From assembly GCA_000004985.1 (NCBI GenBank), contig GG738846.1: DNA of 64,000 nt, one strand, 5' to 3'. Made by a program: the position numbers and the translations under genes. The stretch comes from Naegleria gruberi. Taxonomy: Eukaryota. Below are positions 56,434 through 64,000 of this stretch, in pieces. The notes beneath the pieces are model-generated. The model was not told where the DNA came from. It searched no databases and was given only the letters and a program-made list of their open reading frames with translations. Each line of letters starts with the position of its first letter. Positions within the stretch are counted from its first letter, which is position 1.

Positions 56434-58482
56434 ATGAAAAAACTCAAATCATCAGCCAAAGAATTATCATCATCGGAGGATAAAAGTGATGAATGGAAAA
56501 AACTATTCAAAGAATTGGATGATTTATTACTGGGAGGAATAACAGATCAAATTAATAATTTATGTTCATATTTTCGGAATGAAATTGTTAAACATTTATC
56601 AATTAATGATGATAACAATGATTTGATTCGTGATTTTGGAGATGAATCAACATTTGATATTTCTACAATGAGTGTAAATCAGATAAGAGAAAAATTTGGA
56701 GATAAATCGAGTATTGATTTACCAGAACAAATGCAACAATTACTTGTTGAATACACCTTGTTGCCAGTTTGTAGAATTCCAGTGGATCCTAAACCTTCAT
56801 CCAAGTTTAGTCTTTCTTTCATTAATGAAGTTCTTTTCAAGCAATTTCAATTGAATACTGTATTTTCGGAAAATGTGAATCATTTGTTTTCTACAATTAT
56901 AATACCTTTATTAACAGATGGGGATTTTACAAATGAGGAATATCAGAAAAAACTAGGGAAAAAGATTGACGAATTGAAGAGTGAAAAAAAGAAACAATTT
57001 ATAGAGTTTTTAAATTCTTACTTTGCTTCATTGGTATTCTTTTGTCAATTTGAGTTATTGAAACAGTTGAGCGAGTGGCTGTTTCTATTTTCTAATAGTA
57101 TCAAATTGTGGATCATTAAGAGTTTTTTTACCAAGTTTTTGACAACTTCACAGAGTAAATGTCAACCTTTACGAGAACTAGCCCAGAAAGTTCTCTCCAA
57201 ACATCAAAGTTTAATCATTAAGGAGGAAGGCCACTATGTAAAACACAATGTAAATAATCACTTCTTGACTGATCAAATCACAGAGGAGGATGCTGAATCC
57301 CTGGTGAAACCTCCAACAACCAAGGCTCAAGTGGCCTCTCAACTCGTACTCAAATTATTGGATATGAGTCTCAATGAATACTCTCAGGAGGAAAGAAAGA
57401 AATCAGAATGCCTTAGGCACTGCATTGAAATTTTAAAGTATGGAAATCTTCACTCCATCATGGATGATTCTTCAACAAGTGATGAGAAGAGCAAATCCAT
57501 TCCTATCTCAAAATCACTGAGAGGATACTCAATTCTAATATCAAGTGAGTATGGACAGGAAATGATGGAAAAGCTATGGCCAATGCTTTATGGATTCATT
57601 GAGAATTACACTTCAGAACTGGAAAAACCAACAAGAATTTCACACCAAATAGGTCTGCAACTTTTATCACTCTTTGATTTGGTATATCCATCTATTGAGA
57701 AGAGTCAAGTAGCCAACTACTTTTACCTCAACGACTGTTTTTTACCACTCACTATGAAATTACTAAAAGTACTCAATTCTAGATTTGAAACAGATTCAAG
57801 CCAATCTGTAACTATGGAAATCAAGTTAGCCAATAGAGCTTTACGAGTATTTGTCAAGCATTCGACCAAAACGAGTAATAATCTGGATGCTGTTCAATTC
57901 TTTCAAGTTATTCAAGAACCAAGTCATTGCAGCAAGTTGAAAATTAAGAAATTCATTACGGATATTTCAGATGGACTTGTATTCGAATCCCTGCTTCATC
58001 CTTCTAAATACTTGCTACGAGATAGTATGTCCTCACAGAAAACAGAAGAGTTGTACAAGTCTTTGGAGAAAACATTGTTGGTTTGGTCCAATTTCTTCCT
58101 CTATCTTTATAATGCATGTTGTCTGGAGAGAACACCAGAGAGGAAAATATTGGACCCATTCGAAGATGAAGATCAACAAGAGCAACAGAATGAAGTAAGT
58201 GAGGCCACTCGAAAATATCGTCATGTGGACAAGCTCAATATTATTTTCACTCAACTTGTGGAATGTGCTTGCATGTTCGATTACAATCACTTTGTTCACA
58301 AATCACTTTCTGATTCACCAATCGGTAAATTTGCTCACCTTGCAAAGAAGGCCGAAAGTTTGAATGAACTAGTGAGAGCCATTCTCGTTGTCATTTTACA
58401 GAAACCATTCATTGTGGATGGTATTTTGAGTAGAGAGAATTTAAATGTCATTTCAGAAAGACTTGGAATTACCTCAGAGTAA
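56434..58482 (+). CDS. Hypothetical 682-aa helical protein
   Basis: Intact ORF with an ATG at 56434. No recognisable motif. Confidence 0.45.
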   Translation: MKKLKSSAKELSSSEDKSDEWKKLFKELDDLLLGGITDQINNLCSYFRNEIVKHLSINDDNNDLIRDFGDESTFDISTMSVNQIREKFGDKSSIDLPEQMQQLLVEYTLLPVCRIPVDPKPSSKFSLSFINEVLFKQFQLNTVFSENVNHLFSTIIIPLLTDGDFTNEEYQKKLGKKIDELKSEKKKQFIEFLNSYFASLVFFCQFELLKQLSEWLFLFSNSIKLWIIKSFFTKFLTTSQSKCQPLRELAQKVLSKHQSLIIKEEGHYVKHNVNNHFLTDQITEEDAESLVKPPTTKAQVASQLVLKLLDMSLNEYSQEERKKSECLRHCIEILKYGNLHSIMDDSSTSDEKSKSIPISKSLRGYSILISSEYGQEMMEKLWPMLYGFIENYTSELEKPTRISHQIGLQLLSLFDLVYPSIEKSQVANYFYLNDCFLPLTMKLLKVLNSRFETDSSQSVTMEIKLANRALRVFVKHSTKTSNNLDAVQFFQVIQEPSHCSKLKIKKFITDISDGLVFESLLHPSKYLLRDSMSSQKTEELYKSLEKTLLVWSNFFLYLYNACCLERTPERKILDPFEDEDQQEQQNEVSEATRKYRHVDKLNIIFTQLVECACMFDYNHFVHKSLSDSPIGKFAHLAKKAESLNELVRAILVVILQKPFIVDGILSRENLNVISERLGITSE

Positions 58483-58582
58483 ATTATAGGATTTTCAAAA
58501 AGAAGATGGAGAAAGATAATTTGAATAGAGATAACATTTCTTTTGTTGAGAAATACACGTATTTATTTCATCAACTTAATTT

Positions 58583-59445
58583 TTATTGATCTTTTAGATC
58601 AGTGACAATTCCAATAAATTTGTACTTTTCGTGATCATCATAAAACTTGACCCAATCTTCAATACTTTGCATTTGTTCTTGTGTGAAATCCGAATATTTA
58701 GATTGAACACTTGTGCATTCCTCCTTTTCTTCATCAAAGCAACTTTTTAAAAATGTATCCATAAATCTATTGAAATATTACATACCCTGTTACAAATGAT
58801 CTTGTACCATCTCTACCAGCAAAGAAGTGATAACCTCCTTCCATTCCATAATAACTTTTACCTTCACTAAGTTTCGGATATTGATAAAATAATTATTGAA
58901 ATAATCATTATTTAGAGAATTGATGAGATAGACAATTAATAAGAGAGCTCACAAATATATACAAACCTAACATCATAAACTCTTCCTTTAATTGCCAACA
59001 AGAGTGGCAAACTTTCATCCTTTCCATTATAATGTTTCAACTCTTCTTGTGTAAATTTGAAATAATCCTTAGCATGACTTCCTCCACTACTCTTGTATGG
59101 TAACTTGTATGTAGTAAAATCAACTTTAAATTCACTAGGAACAGATAGCACTGAAGAAGAAGCCTCTTTCTTCCCGTGGAATGTAGCCAAATACCACTTG
59201 ACAAATTTTTGTTTAAATTCCTGATTATTCTTATATTGATAGATAAAGTACAATGTCCAGAATATGGCACTATAAATTAGAAAGTACATAATTAAACGTG
59301 GAATTGAAGTTTGTTTCCTTGATGATTCAAATTCTTTAGAGTTTGATCTTCCTTCATGTTGTTGTTGTTCATGATCCGATGCTGCTGATGTATTATCATC
59401 ATGAACTTTTGGAACATCAGAATTGATCGTCTTGTTATTGATCAT
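58583..59445 (-). CDS. Membrane-associated progesterone-receptor (MAPR)/cytochrome b5-like steroid-binding domain protein, three exons
   Basis: Exons are 59445-58967, 58866-58786 and 58742-58583. Introns are 58867-58966 (GTTTGT...CTTAG) and 58743-58785 (GTATGT...AAAAG). An N-terminal TM (IMYFLIYSAIFWTLYFIY) precedes ...FTQEELKHYNGKDESLPLLLAIKGRVYDV/SEGKSYYGMEGGYHFFAGRDGTRSFVTG/GCFDEE...IEDWVKFYDDHEKYKFIGIV..., collinear with PGRMC1/neudesin (FTPEEL..G....[44 protein letters not shown]...W...KY..VG.L). Confidence 0.7.
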
Positions 59446-59513
59446 TTTTTTTTAATAAATTATTAAATATTTAAATAATATTATTTAATGGATAATAATT
59501 ATTGTAAAAAAAA

Positions 59514-60730
59514 ATGAGTTTATTGTGGACGTTCATGTTGCAACCCATGTTGGTGATTGGTAGTGCTCTATCAGTGGTTCACTTACTTCACTACTTGTTT
59601 ATTCAAAGAAAAAAGATGAAACATTCAATGGAAGGAAAAACTGTTTTAATTACTGGAGGATCGACTGGTATTGGATTAGGTAGGTGTTTGTAATGGTGTT
59701 GAATCATTCCGATCATGATGATTATTTTGAATATTATATTTAATAATAATATTATTATAATATTGTATTTATAACATTAATTGTATTTATTGTATTTAAT
59801 AATGATGATGAAATTTTAAAATAATATATAGGTATTGGTATTGAATGTTTAAAACAAAAGGCTAAAACATTGATTATTGTTGCAAGAAATCAAGAAAAAT
59901 TGGAACAAGCAAAGAAGGAATTACAAGAATATTGTAAAGGAAAGCAAGAAGTTATTATTCATTCATGTGATGTTGGTGATGAGGATCAAGTTGACAAGAT
60001 GATTGAACATTTATATTCAAGTGCTATTGAAAATGTTGATTATTTATTTATTAACCAAGGATTGTCAATTCCAGGATATATTCTCTCACAAAAGATGGAG
60101 GATTTCAAATATCAAATGAATTTGAATTATTTCAGTCATGTCATGCTTTCAAAGAAATTTATTCCTAAAATGATGGATTTGGAAGCTGCTAGTGGTGGAG
60201 CATTTGATAGACATGTCATTTTCGTTGGATCAGCATGTTCAATTGCATCATTTGTTGGATATGGATCTTATTCACCAACCAAGTATGCTATTAAGGGTTA
60301 TGCTGAAGCTCTTCGTAATGAATTATTGGGAACTAATATTAGAGTTCACTTGGCTTTACCTGTTGATACAGATACTGAAGGATTCAAGAAGGAAAATGAA
60401 ACAAAACCAAAGGAATGTGCAATCTTGTCAAGTCTCTCTGGATTACAAACCTATATTGAATCAGGTTCAATGCTTGTAAAGAATTTATTGAAATCTTCCA
60501 TTCAATTCTATGTCATTTCCTCATTCGACACCTACCTTCAAATTGTTGGAGCTACTCTTGGTGTAGGACCATGTGTAAATAGATTCAACTATCCAATGAT
60601 TGATATGTTCACATCAAGTTTATTCATTCCTTCTGTCATTTTGAGAAGTATTGCCTATTATTTCGATCATGTAAGTGAAAAGGCTGCACACACTCATAGA
60701 AATGAAATTTTCAAACAATTACAAAAATAA
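59514..60730 (+). CDS. KDSR: 3-ketodihydrosphingosine reductase (KDSR/Tsc10, SDR family), two exons
   Basis: Exon 1 is 59514-59679, intron 59680-59831 (GTAGGT...TATAG, phase 1), exon 2 59832-60730. The N-terminal TM precedes ...[45 protein letters not shown]... The region ...VIFVGSACSIASFVGYGSYSPTKYAIKGYAEALRNELLGTNIRVHLALPVDTDTEGFKKENETKP... matches human KDSR ...[65 protein letters not shown]... Confidence 0.8.
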
Positions 60731-60884
60731 CAACTCCCATTATTTATCAATAGTTTATATAATATCTATACGAAACCATACTGAACATTTTACAAAGTGT
60801 TGCTGTATCAATATTGAGATACCTATTGGTGTTGCTGATTACAATTTTCCATTACAATCAAGGTTCACCAAAGTAACAAAAAAA

Positions 60885-61817
60885 ATGTCACAACACGAAC
60901 ACTACAACCACACACTAATTTTCAATGAAAATAATCATCATTCAATGTGGCCAAATCAATTTGATCCGACACTGAAAAGTAAATTCATTGAAAAGATGCA
61001 AAAACCAAAAATTACGAATTTTTCATACAAGTTTGAAATTTTGCAAAAGTTTGGTCCCATTCTAACCCAACAATTTGAAATGTGCTATTCAAAGAATTTA
61101 ATGATAGCAAGGACCATGCTTTCGAATGCATCTCTTCTCTTTTTCGATATGAATACAAAGGAATTGCTTCAATCAGTGCCATTGAAATTAAATCCAGAAT
61201 TAGATAAGTTTATTTTGGAGGAAAGAAGAGACGGCTCTTGTTATATCTATGCAATATTGAGAGATTATTCAGTGGCTTGCTATGATTTGGATGAAATTAT
61301 GAAATTGCAGAAGTTTGGAAATCCAAAATGGAGGGTCGAATCGATGGGAACTGAAATTGATATTTCCATTAAGCATTCAATTCTATTTGTGATTCATCCA
61401 TTCAGAGAGGAAGTAACACTGTTGCGAGTAGAGGATGGAAGTGTTCTTGCTAGACATCCTTGTTTGTGGGGAAAGAATGAGTCAAAAGTTTTCAAATTCT
61501 GTGATGATGAGAATTCAACACTGTTTCACACTCTGGGGAATGAAGGAGTTATTGAAGGATTGAAATTTAATAAGGATTTCTCTCAAATAATTGAGAAATT
61601 CAAGATACCATATCATGATTGGTTGGTCAGTTGTATTGTTTTTGAGGAACAGACAGGAAATATGATTGCTTTGGGAAATCAATTAACTATATTTGATAAT
61701 AAGCTTAATATTTTACATGAGTTTTCAAATGTAGGAGGAAATCACATGAGATTTGATAGAAAACAGGGACATGTATTAATATGTGGAAGTCCCTCACATA
61801 TTATTGTCTACAAATGA
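60885..61817 (+). CDS. Hypothetical 310-aa protein
   Basis: The track ORF (60675-61817) begins with a non-ATG start inside the KDSR 3' end. The first in-frame ATG is 60885 (MSQHEHYNHTLIF...). No family recognised. Confidence 0.45.
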   Translation: MSQHEHYNHTLIFNENNHHSMWPNQFDPTLKSKFIEKMQKPKITNFSYKFEILQKFGPILTQQFEMCYSKNLMIARTMLSNASLLFFDMNTKELLQSVPLKLNPELDKFILEERRDGSCYIYAILRDYSVACYDLDEIMKLQKFGNPKWRVESMGTEIDISIKHSILFVIHPFREEVTLLRVEDGSVLARHPCLWGKNESKVFKFCDDENSTLFHTLGNEGVIEGLKFNKDFSQIIEKFKIPYHDWLVSCIVFEEQTGNMIALGNQLTIFDNKLNILHEFSNVGGNHMRFDRKQGHVLICGSPSHIIVYK

Positions 61818-62179
61818 TCTATATCTCATGAGGTGCCTAAAATAATATTTGAGTGAAACTTTTATTGGATTGGAATTTGCTGGATATTGTGTTTGACCTG
61901 ACCACACTTTGTATTTTCAGGTGTGTTTAGTACAACAGTACTTTACTCTGTTTATTTTAATGAAAATCAAAATTAAGCTTTGGTCAAGTTTTTAAATGGC
62001 CCTTAATATTGGAATAACAACCATGGATACAATTTACATCAACAGGTTTTGATACAATTTACTAGTTTCGGTACTGATATATAGCACTCTCACTAACTGA
62101 TGTGGTATGATCGATGTAATCAAAATAGGAAGAGATGGTTTAGAAACTTGTTTTACAGAGATAAGTTCCAAAATAAAAA

Positions 62180-63310
62180 ATGGCAGCTGACAATAACAAT
62201 GAAACCTACACAAAAGAACAATTAATAACATCTAGTGTTGGCCTAACAACTAATTCTATCGGGTTTATAATATTTCTAATCATATCACTCTTCATGCTAA
62301 CTGTTTTCATAATGAATTACAAAAAAATGGTGTACAATAAGAAATTACTATATTTAGTCGTTTTGCTAGTGTTGGCATTGCAAGAATGCTTTCAACTCTC
62401 AGTGGTGAGCACAACTTTATCAATACTGTTCAATTCTGGAGTGATTTTTCCTTGTATTAGTTTTAGTTCAGAGTTGTCACTTTTTTTCTTGACCATTGTA
62501 ATGTACACCAATTGTCAGAGCGTAATTACAAAGATTTTGTATGAATTGTATTTCAACAAAGCACATGAGTGGATGAGAATGAATGCAAATAACCAAAAAG
62601 CAGCACTTGGGGTCAAATGGTCCAGTATTTCCATTCTTGCAATACTCAATTTGACATTTATATTACTTGTTCCCTTTTTGTTTGCTTTGGTGTTTTTTAT
62701 TTTTGATTCAGAAAAGAAATTGACGATATCTGAACATGCCTTCAAGATTGTTTCAGCTGTTTCTAATGTGTTTTTAGTAACTTTCCTAGTGAGCACTTGT
62801 ATTGCAACCTTTTTTTTCACATTCCTTAATATGGTAATTGTTGTCTTGCTGATTAGGAAATTAATTTTAAATCAAAGGTTTCCAGTTACAGAGCAAAGAA
62901 GAAAGGGCTGCAGAAATTTACTAATACTTTCATTTGGTCAACTCTACGTTGCACTTCTCAATGTTCTAGTTCTAATACTTGCTTTTTTAGGAGTAGTTGT
63001 GTATTTCCCATTGTTTCATGTTAGTTTGATCATTCAAAAGGTTGCCATGTTGTGTTTTTGTGTTGTTGTTACGTTTTCATTTGGTCCATTAGATCATATC
63101 ATTCTAGAATTCAGAAATAGCTCACAACAAGTGGCAAATGTTGAAATAATTCAAAAAAGAGATGAAATATCCCAACAAGTGGCTTCCAATTATTCAGAAA
63201 TTGTCAGAAAGGAGGAATTCAGGGAGGAAGAATCAACTCCAACAACCAATAGTGAAATACCAATAATGGTTGACGCTGTTGAGATTTTCACAGAAATTCC
63301 ACTTGATTGA
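62180..63310 (+). CDS. Seven-pass (GPCR-like) membrane protein of unknown family
   Basis: 376-aa ORF. It has an N-terminal NxT site (NNNETYT), about seven hydrophobic helices and a hydrophilic acidic C-terminal tail. Confidence 0.5.
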   Translation: MAADNNNETYTKEQLITSSVGLTTNSIGFIIFLIISLFMLTVFIMNYKKMVYNKKLLYLVVLLVLALQECFQLSVVSTTLSILFNSGVIFPCISFSSELSLFFLTIVMYTNCQSVITKILYELYFNKAHEWMRMNANNQKAALGVKWSSISILAILNLTFILLVPFLFALVFFIFDSEKKLTISEHAFKIVSAVSNVFLVTFLVSTCIATFFFTFLNMVIVVLLIRKLILNQRFPVTEQRRKGCRNLLILSFGQLYVALLNVLVLILAFLGVVVYFPLFHVSLIIQKVAMLCFCVVVTFSFGPLDHIILEFRNSSQQVANVEIIQKRDEISQQVASNYSEIVRKEEFREEESTPTTNSEIPIMVDAVEIFTEIPLD

Positions 63311-63824
63311 ACTTTAAGTTCCATTTCCATTGTGCAAAGATAATTCATCTTCATTTGATGTGGTAGTAGATCTCTCCAATTACAAGTATTGATGTTCATC
63401 TGTTCCCTTAATATTTAAATATAATAAAAAAATGCAACGATTTAATCGCTTTATGGATCATTTAATGATGTCCTCTGATAGTAGAGCAACCTCTGATGAT
63501 ATTGATATTAAATTGGATAAGATTATTGTTGGAGGGCAAACGGTTGTTCCCGTTAAAGATGATGATCAAGTCAATAAATCAAATCATCACTCAGTGCAGA
63601 ATGATCGTTCGGATCCGATAATACATGAAGATTTGAATAGCAATGAAACATTATTTGTTAAACCAAAAAATCATTGAGACAATGGTTTTTGCCTATAGTA
63701 TTCTCGAGTTGTAAAAAGAACGTGCTTATTAATTATCAAAATACTAATTTTTTCTAAATTAGTATTTAGAATAAATTGTTTTAAAAATTCATAGCGATCT
63801 AATTGGCGCAACTAATTTTAATAA

Positions 63825-64000
63825 TTAACAATTATTCATAATAAGACTCAATTCACCATCATCTTCCCATGATAATCCTAAACTTCCCTTGTGAACTTCT
63901 GAAATGTGATCAGATTTTAAGTGGAAGGATACTTTAATTCCATAACTAGTATTAGAGTTCAAATGTTGTTTGAATAGATTGGAATGAATGGACCTAGAAA
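63825..64000 (-). CDS. Partial CDS: the C-terminal 58 codons of a gene whose 5' end lies beyond the window end
   Basis: An open minus-strand frame runs from the window edge to a TAA at 63825-63827 (...SYGIKVSFHLKSDHISEVHKGSLGLSWEDDGELSLIMNNC*). Confidence 0.4.
   Translation of the reverse strand, partial: SRSIHSNLFKQHLNSNTSYGIKVSFHLKSDHISEVHKGSLGLSWEDDGELSLIMNNC

Noticed and set aside
60675-60884. Track ORF 60675-61817 starts inside the KDSR 3' end
   Set aside because: The track accepts non-ATG starts. The overlap with the KDSR coding end is implausible. The first in-frame ATG (60885) is used instead.
63432-63677. 81-aa ATG-initiated ORF in the intergenic region before the window-end gene
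   Set aside because: It has no recognisable motif and ordinary AT-rich composition, and it could equally be UTR. There is insufficient support to call a gene.
1-64000. Search for tRNA, rRNA, transposon (RT/integrase/transposase) or prokaryotic defence-system genes
   Set aside because: No tRNA-like T-arm/acceptor pattern (GGTTCGAATCC-type) was found by eye. No ORF shows RT, integrase, transposase or nuclease-defence signatures. Every sizeable ORF has a eukaryotic housekeeping or signalling identity, or is a low-complexity hypothetical.

Overview
This 64 kb window is AT-rich, gene-dense eukaryotic nuclear DNA, not prokaryotic. Intergenic spacers are short. Introns are short (38-152 nt) and mostly GTAAGT/GTATGT/GTTTGT...(T/A)AG. 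One protein is a PLS-class PPR protein with a C-terminal DYW deaminase domain and a mitochondrial presequence. Together these point to a heterolobosean amoeboflagellate such as Naegleria; that assignment is inference. I see no rRNA, tRNA, CRISPR or transposon ORFs. I can support about 35 protein-coding genes, and I re-derived many exon/intron models by hand where the ORF track showed frame breaks. The ORF track renders TTG/GTG starts as M, so I re-placed the start at the first ATG for 9 genes: PPR-DYW, TMEM144, GNAT, BTB, ABCF, terpene synthase, KDSR, the 60885 gene and the lipase (where the track starts at an upstream ATG but the signal peptide begins at the second ATG). Recognisable genes: SF3B2/SAP145, a TopBP1/Dpb11-like multi-BRCT protein, an Erv1/ALR sulfhydryl oxidase, a TMEM144 homologue, uridine-phosphorylase-family PNP, TAF11, a C8orf37/CFAP418 ciliary protein, a GNAT acetyltransferase, a secreted alpha/beta-hydrolase, an SLC1 (EAAT-type) transporter, a BTB protein, COG3, a class I PI3K with Ras-binding domain, an ABC-F ATPase, an oxidosqualene cyclase of cycloartenol-synthase type, a MAPR/cytochrome-b5-like steroid-binding protein and 3-ketodihydrosphingosine reductase. 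Family assignments for SF3B2, TMEM144, TAF11, C8orf37, SLC1, COG3, KDSR, MAPR and uridine phosphorylase rest on comparison with human sequences recalled from memory. Most notable is the roughly 5.2 kb PPR-DYW RNA-editing-factor gene. Its core is about ten near-identical 312-bp tandem units, each a 104-aa P-L-S triplet, arranged in a higher-order pattern with three single-nucleotide frame breaks; it ends in a DYW-type cytidine-deaminase domain with terminal GYW. Second is a candidate microbial-type class I terpene synthase about 3.4 kb from the oxidosqualene cyclase, inside a 13 kb stretch that also holds the MAPR and KDSR genes. Also notable are an EGF plus GPS-like (HLT/RF) single-pass receptor, a perfect 22-bp inverted repeat between the PPR and TMEM144 genes, and a small gene with GC3-rich codon usage that contrasts with its neighbours.
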